Assembly (NCBI GenBank): GCA_964549995.1 | Contig: CAZJXF010000001.1 | Location: 7,829 to 71,828, forward strand | DNA: 64,000 nt | DNA from: an uncultured Desulfatirhabdium sp. | GTDB taxonomy: Bacteria > Desulfobacterota > Desulfobacteria > Desulfobacterales > Desulfatirhabdiaceae | Direction of reading: 5' to 3' | Part shown: positions 27,652 to 35,911 of the stretch, one piece after another | How the letters are laid out: each line of letters begins with the position of its first letter | Numbering within the stretch: the first letter of the stretch is position 1 | Made by a program: the position numbers and the translations under genes | Notes under the pieces: generated by a model | Told to the model about the DNA's origin: nothing | The model's input: only the letters and a program-made list of their open reading frames with translations | Database searches by the model: none

Positions 27652-30600
27652 TCAACTGTTTTCCATAGCATGATCATCGAAGGGAGACAAGATTTTTTCC
27701 TGATCGTATTGGATTTCGCGTTCGGTTTTTCCCGATGCGGGAGATGGCTTCGGATCTTTGTCGCCGAACAAGGATGAAAAAATCGCCTGGGGAAGCATCA
27801 GACTGCGTTTGAGATACCCCCAGATGCTGTTCGGCACCTTGCTTAACGGTTTGTACTGAATGGAGATATCCGGAAGAACGCCGGAAGCCGCAAAGGAATA
27901 TTCCCACAAGGCTTTCTCGTCTCCGGTGAGGACATGACCGACATAGGGGATTTTCGATACGATCTCGTCGACAGCCGTCAACGGATGCACCCCGATGTCT
28001 GCATCGAGCCGAAGAGAATCCAATGGAAGGGATCCGGTTCCAACGGCATTGAACACCGGGCTGTCCATTCGAAAGCCCTTGAGAGACAGCACCCCGCTAT
28101 CGGCGGAAATTTCGCCGATCATCCGATCGAAGGGAAAGCGGTCGTTGACCAGCTCCGGGGATTTCAACCGGATGAGGTTCTGCACGCTGAGCAGACTGAC
28201 AATGGTGAGGAAGGGGTTGGATCCGAGAATATGACCGTTTTCGAGGAGGACAGACGCCGAACCCTCGATTCCGGATTTCCAGAGCCGGATGTCCTTCGTC
28301 TTCAAGCGGATCAGGCCGTCCATGGTGAACAAACCATGCATGCGGGGGGAGCTCCATCCGAATTCCTGGAGCAGGGGCTCGAACTCCTGACGGGTCAACT
28401 GAAGATATCCGATAAAATCGTTGTGTTCCGGATCGTTCGACCGAGCTCCCTTCCATCGCATGTAACCAGTGGTTGTTCGAATCATGGCCTCGTTGAGGAG
28501 CAGCCCCTGGCAGCCGATGGAGAGGTCGGCATCGCATGGACCGAAGGTCATGGCCTTGCCGAACAGGCGATCTGTGTGGACCCGGATCCGCAGGTGATCG
28601 GGCATCCACCCGATACCGGATGTCTGCGTCTGCGGGCAGTTCCAGGAGGTGACCATTCGGGCGATGTTCAGCTGAGGGGCTTCGATGGAGAGGTTTCCAG
28701 TGAGGGGGTGCAGTCCTTCGATAGTTCCAGAAATATCGACGATCTCTTCTCCGATCCGAATCAGAAGGGGCTGGATGTCTACATGTTCGCCCTCGAGACG
28801 AACCGACAGGTCCTGAATATGGACCGGTAGACACTGGTTCCCCAACACCCCGCTCAGATTCTCGATGGCGATGCTTCCCCGGGCATGGTCGAGGTAGGGA
28901 GGGTGCGAACGAGGCGAAAACGCGACGTCAAATTTGAAAAGCCCGGATACGGGAACGTCGAAAGCCTTGAAGCGCAGACCCAATGTTTCGGGGTCGAACC
29001 GATCCGTTCGAACATGAATCCGCTCAGGCAATTGTTGGGGACGAGCCCAATCCGAAACGACCGAAAGTATATCTTTGTTTGCTTGGAGGGTGAACTGGTT
29101 CACCCGAAAGAAACGGTCCGGCCGGATGTCGATATCGAAGGTGATGACAGGGGGGCCTGCGGTCGGTCGAAAAGCGATCTCCGCTGTTTCCAGGCTCCAG
29201 GAATCGAGTTGTAAATGTCCCGTCACGTGAATGCCTGCCGAGGACAGTTGGGCACCGATATCGGATCGGATTCGGCCGGAAAGCGTCTCGATGAACCGCT
29301 TTTCCGGATCGATCCATGTCGAAAGACGGGATGCGTCGATATCTCCGTCGATGTGGGCCTGTCCGGCCACATCCGAAAGGGCACCGCCTGCAGATAGTCG
29401 AATGGGGGATGTCCCGATATTGCCGGAGGCCGTAATATGCCATTGATCGAGATTTCGAAGGGTTATTCTGGCTTCACTGATCGTGACGGTTTCCGGGATG
29501 TCCTTGTGAGTGAGATCTGTTTTTCGAAGGGTCACATCCACGCTCGGCAGTTTCAGACCGTGCGGCTTGAGAAGGTGGTCGATGGTTGCCTGCACGGATG
29601 CGGTTCCGGAAAGCCGATCGATATCGTTGATCATGGGCGGAACCGATGCCGTAAACCACGGTTTTCTCCGAAATACCTCGAGATCGGCCAGGTCGATGAC
29701 GGCATCGACCATCAGCCGATCTTCCGGGTTGTCGGAATAAAGATGCTGAATGCGGTAGCTTCCCTGTTTCAGGGATGAGCCAGAAACGGCGGCTGAAGCA
29801 TTTGAAACGTTCAGGGTACCGTCTTCGATGGCGACAAGCGCCTTGAGGTCGGAGACCGGATAGGGCAAGAGATCGAATCGAGCCTTGATGCTATTGAGCT
29901 GAGCCCGAAGCCGCAACACATGCTCGTTCCCGTCGGCTGCAGGGTGTGCCAACTGTTCCGGAGTGCCCTCAAGAGCGAATGTTTCGATTTTGATCGTCCC
30001 TTCCTGAAACCGATCGACAATGTCCTGGGAGATCCACAGCGGGAGAAGGGGAGTGGGGAGGATGGCCTGGAGGGTTCGGACATCCATCCAAGGGGTCTCG
30101 ATCTGAAGTGCAAGCCTTCCTCCGGGAATACCTTGCACCCATTGTCTCTCAAATCGGGCAAAAAGGGTAGTGCTTGCGATATCCAGGGCAACGGCGGCAC
30201 GGATGCCCTCGTTCATTCGAACAACAGCGGAAACGGTGGCAGCTGCAGACGGGAACGCATAGGATTTTTGGCCTCGATCTGTTTTCAGGCGAAAGTTGAG
30301 ATTTCGGCTGTGAAGAAAACCGGTGACGCCGATCGGAGCATCGATGTTTCCGGATAGGCTCAGTTCCACTTCGGCTATACCGGACCAGCCGGTGATTGTC
30401 TCGGTAGGAAGAGACAGTCGATGGAGCTCGATATCCCGAGTACGGATGGCGGCATCGATCCGAAACGGTGCCGAGGTTCCCAGGCGGGCTTCGATCGAAA
30501 AGGGGACGGCAGGGTCGGTGCCGTCGATGGTTCCAGACGTCTGAAAAAGGAAGATGTCATCGGAAAGCGATGGGCCGACATAGACATGATCCAACTGAAT

Positions 30601-31083
30601 GGCATGGGCAGCCAGAACACCCTCGAGGTGAACCTGGTGCAACTCCCATAGCCCGAAACGGGCCAGCTCGGAAAGGACCAGCTTTACCGATTCCTCGATG
30701 TCCATTCCGGCTGGAGCACTCAAAGAGGCTGGTACGTCAGTGGAGTTTCCGCTCCAATCGATATCGATGCCTTCAATGCGGGTGTGCGTCGGCCGGAAAC
30801 CGTCCCGGAAATTTCCGATAAGATGGGTTTCAAGCTGTGCAATCTCGAAGCGTTTTCCGTCATGAAGATGGATGCGGAGGCCTTCGGCCTGGAGGATCGT
30901 CTCCGGCTTCCATGTCACCCGGATGGAAAGGGCATGGACATCGGCATCCAATAAGGTGCTTGCAATGCGACAGATCAAGGGGGGCAGCCAACGGTCGATG
31001 GTCGCAGCCGCAATCATCACAAGAGCGGTAGCCGTCATCAAGATCAGGACAAGATATTTCCATCGATTTTTCATAGAAGTCAC
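27652..31083 (-). CDS. AsmA/YhdP-like giant envelope protein
   Basis: 1143 aa with N-terminal anchor WKYLVLILMTATALVMIAAA and a long beta-rich body. The C-terminal block ...VSKIPYVGHVLTGDEKALWEYSFAASGVLPDISIQYKPL is typical of AsmA-like C-termini. Confidence 0.7.
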   Translation of the reverse strand: MTSMKNRWKYLVLILMTATALVMIAAATIDRWLPPLICRIASTLLDADVHALSIRVTWKPETILQAEGLRIHLHDGKRFEIAQLETHLIGNFRDGFRPTHTRIEGIDIDWSGNSTDVPASLSAPAGMDIEESVKLVLSELARFGLWELHQVHLEGVLAAHAIQLDHVYVGPSLSDDIFLFQTSGTIDGTDPAVPFSIEARLGTSAPFRIDAAIRTRDIELHRLSLPTETITGWSGIAEVELSLSGNIDAPIGVTGFLHSRNLNFRLKTDRGQKSYAFPSAAATVSAVVRMNEGIRAAVALDIASTTLFARFERQWVQGIPGGRLALQIETPWMDVRTLQAILPTPLLPLWISQDIVDRFQEGTIKIETFALEGTPEQLAHPAADGNEHVLRLRAQLNSIKARFDLLPYPVSDLKALVAIEDGTLNVSNASAAVSGSSLKQGSYRIQHLYSDNPEDRLMVDAVIDLADLEVFRRKPWFTASVPPMINDIDRLSGTASVQATIDHLLKPHGLKLPSVDVTLRKTDLTHKDIPETVTISEARITLRNLDQWHITASGNIGTSPIRLSAGGALSDVAGQAHIDGDIDASRLSTWIDPEKRFIETLSGRIRSDIGAQLSSAGIHVTGHLQLDSWSLETAEIAFRPTAGPPVITFDIDIRPDRFFRVNQFTLQANKDILSVVSDWARPQQLPERIHVRTDRFDPETLGLRFKAFDVPVSGLFKFDVAFSPRSHPPYLDHARGSIAIENLSGVLGNQCLPVHIQDLSVRLEGEHVDIQPLLIRIGEEIVDISGTIEGLHPLTGNLSIEAPQLNIARMVTSWNCPQTQTSGIGWMPDHLRIRVHTDRLFGKAMTFGPCDADLSIGCQGLLLNEAMIRTTTGYMRWKGARSNDPEHNDFIGYLQLTRQEFEPLLQEFGWSSPRMHGLFTMDGLIRLKTKDIRLWKSGIEGSASVLLENGHILGSNPFLTIVSLLSVQNLIRLKSPELVNDRFPFDRMIGEISADSGVLSLKGFRMDSPVFNAVGTGSLPLDSLRLDADIGVHPLTAVDEIVSKIPYVGHVLTGDEKALWEYSFAASGVLPDISIQYKPLSKVPNSIWGYLKRSLMLPQAIFSSLFGDKDPKPSPASGKTEREIQYDQEKILSPFDDHAMENS

Positions 31084-31336
31084 GACGACGAAAGTTCACG
31101 ATTCAGAGGTACAACCTGTCTCATATGTCTCATGAGGCACATTCCAAGCAAAACGAACGATACATCATCCGCTTCCGTGCGTGCCTTTCCCGGGTATGCA
31201 AAGGGTTAAGCGGATCCAATCATCCGAAATGAATTGTACCAAACTCCGGTGACCTTTCATAGACCATTTCGGTTGACAATTCCTAAGCAGCTGATTCCCT
31301 ACCTCAATTGTTCATCTTCAACGCGGGAAGCATTCA

Positions 31337-31352
31337 TGGCACGGCTTTTGTA
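31337..31352 (+). promoter_or_regulatory. sigma-54-like promoter (-24/-12)
   Basis: TGGCACGGCTTTTGTA versus consensus TGGCACG-N4-TTGCW. Spacing is exact, but -12 reads TTGT rather than TTGC. It lies 40 nt upstream of ATG 31392. Confidence 0.35.
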
Positions 31353-31391
31353 AGAGATTGGGTAAAGCGGTTGAACCCATTATCCGCTCCA

Positions 31392-31640
31392 ATGACCACC
31401 CGTTTTCGACATCCGAAGGAAGCCGATATCGTGAGACCCTGCAATGCCAACATCCAAAGAACGCTCGAACTGGTTCAGGACATGATCTCCCTTGCCGACA
31501 AGGGAGATCTGGAACGCGAGGATGTCGGATGCGGCATTATGTATGGAATCATGCGGGATGCCGCCTACAGGCTGAAGCAGATCGCAGAGAAGGAGAAACA
31601 GGCGCACATTCTGAAAGGTTGGTGGAATGCGTCCTGTTGA
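31392..31640 (+). CDS. small hypothetical protein (82 aa, 3 Cys)
   Basis: Protein-like helical composition (MTTRFRHPKEADIVRPCNANIQRTLELVQDMISLADKGDLERE...). No SD seen, and the start is uncertain. Confidence 0.4.
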   Translation: MTTRFRHPKEADIVRPCNANIQRTLELVQDMISLADKGDLEREDVGCGIMYGIMRDAAYRLKQIAEKEKQAHILKGWWNASC

Positions 31641-31734
31641 AGTGCTCTACTTGTGGGGATCGTCACGCGTGTCGGCGTTCCTCGGAAAACCCTACATTCA
31701 TCCATAACCATCATCCATCAAAGGAGGGAATATC

Positions 31735-32310
31735 GTGGCAAGTGTAAAAGGCACCAAGACGGAAAAGAATTTGCTGAAGGCTTTTGCGGGGGAGTCTCAG
31801 GCCCGGAACCGTTACACCTATTTTGCAGGCCAGGCCCGCAAGGACGGCTATGTACAGATCGCGGACATTTTTGCGGAAACAGCCGACCAGGAAAAAGAAC
31901 ATGCCAAGCGTTTCTTCGGCTTTCTGGAAGGTGGAATGCTTGAAATTACGGCTGCCTATCCAGCCGGGAAGATCGGCACTACCCTTGAAAACCTGCTGGC
32001 AGCTGCCGAAGGCGAACACGAAGAGCACACGATGCTGTATCCGGAATTTGCTCGGGTGGCACGAGAAGAAGGCTTCGAAGCGGTTGCGATGGTCTTTGAA
32101 AAAGTCTCCGTAGCGGAAAAACAGCATGAGAAGCGGTATCGGGATCTGGCAGCCAACATCCAGGCCGGCAGGGTGTTCAAACGGGACAAGAAGGTCACCT
32201 GGCGGTGCCGAAACTGCGGCTATCTCCACGAAGGAGAGGAAGCTCCTGCCATGTGTCCGGCATGTGCCCATCCGCAGGCCTATTTCGAATTGCTCGGAGA
32301 AAACTGGTAA
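31735..32310 (+). CDS. rbr: rubrerythrin
   Basis: GTG start. Diiron ExxH helices AGESQARNRY, EKEHAKRF, EGEHEEHT, EKQHEKRY. C-terminal rubredoxin-like CRNCGY...CPAC. Confidence 0.92.
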   Translation: MASVKGTKTEKNLLKAFAGESQARNRYTYFAGQARKDGYVQIADIFAETADQEKEHAKRFFGFLEGGMLEITAAYPAGKIGTTLENLLAAAEGEHEEHTMLYPEFARVAREEGFEAVAMVFEKVSVAEKQHEKRYRDLAANIQAGRVFKRDKKVTWRCRNCGYLHEGEEAPAMCPACAHPQAYFELLGENW

Positions 32311-32397
32311 TCGATTGAAATCGTCTTTCCGGCTTGCTCCCGAAAAGGGAGCGAGCCGGTTCCTCCCAACGAAATACCATCTGGAAAGGAGATTGTC

Positions 32398-32772
32398 ATG
32401 GCGGAAAAGCTCGGAATCTACAAATGCGAAACTTGTGGCAACATCGTGGAAGTGCTCCATGCAGGCGGAGGGGAGTTGGTTTGCTGTGGTCAGCCGATGA
32501 AACTCATGGTTGAAAACACGGTGGATGCAGCCAAGGAAAAGCATGTCCCGGTGATCGAAAAGGCGGCCGGCGGCTATCTGGTGAAGGTCGGAAGTGTCGC
32601 TCACCCGATGGAGGAGAAGCATTACATCGAATGGATCGAACTGTTGGCGGATGGAAAAGCTTACAGGCAGTTTCTGGCGCCCGGCCAGAAACCGGAAGCC
32701 TTTTTTGCAGTCGAGGCGGCAACAATCAGTGCCCGGGAATATTGTAACTTGCATGGACTTTGGAAGGCCTGA
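32398..32772 (+). CDS. dfx: desulfoferrodoxin (2Fe superoxide reductase)
   Basis: N-terminal desulforedoxin motif [24 protein letters not shown], then the neelaredoxin domain KHVPVIE...[13 protein letters not shown]...CNLHGLW. Confidence 0.92.
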   Translation: MAEKLGIYKCETCGNIVEVLHAGGGELVCCGQPMKLMVENTVDAAKEKHVPVIEKAAGGYLVKVGSVAHPMEEKHYIEWIELLADGKAYRQFLAPGQKPEAFFAVEAATISAREYCNLHGLWKA

Positions 32773-32789
32773 TGGCCTGGGAGGCGACA

Positions 32790-32951
32790 ATGGCAAGCTG
32801 GAAATGCAAGAACTGCGGTTACACGATGACGTCCGATGCGCCGCCGGATGAATGTCCATCCTGCAAAGAAAAGTGTGAATTTTTGGACAACAGCTGTTAT
32901 ACGCCGGACTGTACGGCCGAAGGAATGGATCCTCGGATCGCCAAGCAATAG
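32790..32951 (+). CDS. rubredoxin-like zinc-ribbon protein (Rdl-type)
   Basis: ATG 32790 (GGAGG 5 nt upstream) gives MASWKCKNCGYTMTSDAPPDECPSCKEKCEF. Confidence 0.65.
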   Translation: MASWKCKNCGYTMTSDAPPDECPSCKEKCEFLDNSCYTPDCTAEGMDPRIAKQ

Positions 32952-32984
32952 TGGATAGTCGGCAGTGGGCAGTGGGCAGTATGG
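32950..32984 (+). repeat. 7-nt tandem array AGTGGGC family (5 units)
   Basis: AGTGGAT AGTCGGC AGTGGGC AGTGGGC AGTATGG. Overlaps the TAG at 32949-32951. Confidence 0.75.
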
Positions 32985-33051
32985 TCCGTCACTTCGAGGA
33001 TGGCCGTAAACGGTCATCCGAGAAAGTCGAGTATCGGAGGACAGGAGTCAG

Positions 33052-33093
33052 AAGACAGGAGTCAGAAGTCAGAAGTCAGAATAACAGCGGAAA
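33052..33093 (+). repeat. 7-nt tandem array CAGRAGT (6 units) heading mosaic element C
   Basis: CAGGAGT CAGAAGA CAGGAGT CAGAAGT CAGAAGT CAGAATA. Confidence 0.85.
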
Positions 33094-33246
33094 CATACTG
33101 TTTTTTGAGGTTCGTCCCTGTGATGTTCCTGCATCGGGGGATAACCCCGGGTGCAGGGGGGATGATCGTGAAAATGCGAGATACGTCGTTCGCATATGCG
33201 AAAGTACGAATGCCTGTAGGGGCGACCCGGTGGGTAACCCCTACGA
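33094..33246 (+). repeat. mosaic element C body (long form) ending in a GC hairpin
   Basis: Homologous by eye to the reverse complement of 55914-56063. Shared blocks: GAAAATGCGAGAT(A/G)CGTCGTT, GGGG-N4/5-CCCC hairpin bracketed by TGCA, GTACGAA, GGGGCGA..CCCC. Confidence 0.7.
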
Positions 33247-33369
33247 GGTCCCGCTTAGCCCAATGCTTTGGATTTTTGAATCAGCCTGGGATAACCAACG
33301 TATGGTTATCTCCGGGGCGGCATAGCTCCTGGAGCACTTAGCAGGGATTTGAAGACAGGAGGAGTCATT

Positions 33370-33804
33370 ATGGCCAAGGCCTTGATTGTGTATGCGACTC
33401 GAACGGGAGAAACCGAGCGGATCGCCGAACTGATTGCGGAAGGACTGCGGATTTCCGGTGTCGAAACCGACATGGTCAAGGTCGGGGATGTCAAGAAAGC
33501 CGCGGAGTTGGAAGCTTACGATGCCCTGATATTTGGGGCACCGACGTATCACGGGGATATGATCCAGGGGATGAAAACCTTTCTCTTCTTGGCCGAAAAT
33601 GCCAATCTCGCCGGAAAGGTCGGGGGCGCCTTTGGAGCCTTTGGGTGGAGTGGTGAAGCCCCGGATCGCATCTACGATACCATGAAGCACATTTTCAAGA
33701 TGAACATGGTCGGTCAAGCCCTGCGGCTGAAATCGAGCTCCCTCGGAGGCGGCGTCCAAATGGCCCAAGAGTACGGGAAATCCGTCGCTGCCATGATTCA
33801 GTAA
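33370..33804 (+). CDS. flavodoxin
   Basis: MAKALIVYATRTGETERIAELIAEGL (T-x-T-G-x-T FMN loop), 144 aa, RBS AGGAGGAG. Confidence 0.85.
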   Translation: MAKALIVYATRTGETERIAELIAEGLRISGVETDMVKVGDVKKAAELEAYDALIFGAPTYHGDMIQGMKTFLFLAENANLAGKVGGAFGAFGWSGEAPDRIYDTMKHIFKMNMVGQALRLKSSSLGGGVQMAQEYGKSVAAMIQ

Positions 33805-33854
33805 GTGTTCATGGGGAAAAGTCGACCGATCAGATGTTGCGAATTCATCGGAAT

Positions 33855-33891
33855 GCAGTAGGGTCGGATGCCGCTTCCCGGCCCTACTTGC
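33855..33891 (+). terminator. hairpin after flavodoxin
   Basis: GCAGTAGGGTCGG...CCGGCCCTACTTGC forms a 13-bp stem with one bulge. Confidence 0.5.
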
Positions 33892-34022
33892 ATGAACGAT
33901 TTCCATTGAAGAAACCGTACAACACGCACGTATTCACCTTGTTCCTGCAGGTGTGAACAGGATGGGAGATCCAACTCCCGCAGCCGTTCGTCACCCATCT
34001 CACCCAGAAAAGGAGGTTTACC

Positions 34023-34208
34023 ATGTCTACCCCACAGCATTGCCCTGGATTCGAACAGTTCAAGCATCTGAAGTCCTTTACCTGCAAATGTCCCCAGTGC
34101 CAGGAAGAAATCGAAATTTTCTCGGATGAATTCAACAAACCCCACACCTGCAAGAAGTGCGGTAAAGAAATCGATTTTTCCCAATGTACCCTCTCAGGCG
34201 GGGTTTGA
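34023..34208 (+). CDS. small zinc-ribbon protein (61 aa)
   Basis: Strong RBS AAAGGAGG. CPGF...CKCPQC...CKKCG Cys pairs. Confidence 0.6.
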   Translation: MSTPQHCPGFEQFKHLKSFTCKCPQCQEEIEIFSDEFNKPHTCKKCGKEIDFSQCTLSGGV

Positions 34209-34222
34209 TCGGAGGAACATCC

Positions 34223-34567
34223 ATGAAAGACCTTCTGGTGATCGTCTGTATTGGATGGACACTGATGTGGGGGACTGCCTTTGCAGCTCAGTCCCCGGAA
34301 AAAGGCGCCAAGGAAATGACCTTGAACGGGGGCAGCCAGGGAAAGGTTCCGTTTCCTCACCATGCCCATCAGGCAGTCATTGCAGATTGCAATACCTGTC
34401 ATGCGACTTTTGCGCAGAAAGCCGGGTCGATCGACGAGATGAAAGGAGCCGGATCCCTCAAGCCGAAGCTGGTGATGAATACCCTCTGCGTTAAGTGTCA
34501 TAAAGAAAAACATGCCGCCGGTGAAAAAACGGGCCCATTGACGTGTGCGCAATGTCATATCAAATAG
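34223..34567 (+). CDS. secreted triheme c7-like cytochrome
   Basis: ATG 34223 (GGAGG upstream). Signal peptide MKDLLVIVCIGWTLMWGTAFA. Three CXXCH motifs (CNTCH, CVKCH, CAQCH). Confidence 0.8.
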   Translation: MKDLLVIVCIGWTLMWGTAFAAQSPEKGAKEMTLNGGSQGKVPFPHHAHQAVIADCNTCHATFAQKAGSIDEMKGAGSLKPKLVMNTLCVKCHKEKHAAGEKTGPLTCAQCHIK

Positions 34568-34690
34568 CCGGGGGGATGCTCGTGTTTTCGTTTACGGGCT
34601 TATAGGTGGCAGATGTGTCGTTCTGCTGCCTTCCCTTGGCCCAGACATGCAATGCCCCGCAATCGTTAATCCCAACAAGAGGACCTCATC

Positions 34691-35674
34691 ATGCTGGTGT
34701 TAGGCCTTCAGGGAAGTCCGAGAAGAAAAAGCAATACCTTCGTCCTGCTGGATCGTTTTCTGCAGGAAGCCCGTTCCAAGGGATGCCGGACGCTCATGCT
34801 CGAGGTGTGCCGGAAGGAAATCCTTCCTTGCAAGGAGCTTGTGGTCTGTGAGAAAAAGGGGGAGTGTCCGCTTCGCGATGACATGCACGATCACATCTAT
34901 ACCCTGCTGCGCCAGGCCGATGTCGTCGTCATGGCGACTCCCATCTTCTTCTACAACGTTCCGGCGCAACTGAAGGCTCTGATCGACCGGACCCAGACCT
35001 TGTGGGCCCGAAAATACCGTCTGGCGCTGACAGATCCGAAACGCTCGTTGCGCAAGGGCTTCGTTCTGGCACAGGGTGCAACTCGCGGTAAGAATTTGTT
35101 CGAAGGGCTTCAATTGACGACAAAGTACTTCTTCGATGCCATTGGCGCCGCTCCATCAGGAAACCTCTATTATTGGAAAATCGAGAAGCCTGGAGACATG
35201 GCTGCGCATCCGACATTTTCAGAAGATGTCCGGAAGGCAGCAGCCGAGTTGCTTGATCCACTGGTTCAGCGAAAGCGGGTGCTTTTTGTGGACAAGGACG
35301 GCGCCGGTCTCTCAGCGATGGCCTGGGCATTCAGCCAGATCCATGCGGGAGACCGCATCGATGCGGATTTCGCCGGGATCGCTCCGGCCGAAACACTTCA
35401 ACCGGCTGTCGAAACCACCATGGGGGAAAAAGGCATCGATATGGGGTTTTTCCGTCCCCAGCCCTTCGATGAACTGGCTCCGGCCTTCTTACCTCAGCAG
35501 GTTGTCGTCATGGGTGCGGATGTTATGGAAACGGTGTCATCGCGGTTTGCAAACGAGCCGGGCGACATTACGGCATGGGAGTTTCCGACCGTTGACATCC
35601 AAGACAGCGAACGGATGGCCCAATTACGGGATATGGTCGAAGAAAAAGTGCGGCAGGCATTCTGTGTCGCATGA
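34691..35674 (+). CDS. iron-sulfur flavoprotein (NADPH-dependent FMN reductase fold) fused to a degenerate LMW-PTP/ArsC-like domain
   Basis: N-terminal MLVLGLQGSPRRKSNT...CxxxxxxCxxxxxCxxxxxC...ATPIFFYNVPAQLKALIDR. C-terminal RVLFVDKDGAGLSAM...VVVMGADV aligns by eye to VLFVCxGNxCRS but lacks both the Cys and the Arg. Confidence 0.7.
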   Translation: MLVLGLQGSPRRKSNTFVLLDRFLQEARSKGCRTLMLEVCRKEILPCKELVVCEKKGECPLRDDMHDHIYTLLRQADVVVMATPIFFYNVPAQLKALIDRTQTLWARKYRLALTDPKRSLRKGFVLAQGATRGKNLFEGLQLTTKYFFDAIGAAPSGNLYYWKIEKPGDMAAHPTFSEDVRKAAAELLDPLVQRKRVLFVDKDGAGLSAMAWAFSQIHAGDRIDADFAGIAPAETLQPAVETTMGEKGIDMGFFRPQPFDELAPAFLPQQVVVMGADVMETVSSRFANEPGDITAWEFPTVDIQDSERMAQLRDMVEEKVRQAFCVA

Positions 35675-35737
35675 CGGTTCGATATCGATATTGAATATGC
35701 CTGTGGTCAAGCGTGTAATTCAAGAAAGGAGAATGAA

Positions 35738-35899
35738 ATGGCCAAATATGTTTGCAGCATCTGTGGGTATGTATACGATCCGGCTCTCGGAGATCCGGAT
35801 TCCGGTATAGCACCTGGAACGGCATTTGAAGACCTGCCGGATACCTGGGAATGTCCGGTGTGTGGTGCGGCGAAATCCGATTTCGAAAAACAAGCCTGA
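35738..35899 (+). CDS. rub: rubredoxin (53 aa, absent from the ORF track because it is under 60 aa)
   Basis: Hand translation gives [64 protein letters not shown]. Confidence 0.9.
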   Translation: MAKYVCSICGYVYDPALGDPDSGIAPGTAFEDLPDTWECPVCGAAKSDFEKQA

Positions 35900-35911
35900 T
35901 GGAGAAACCTC

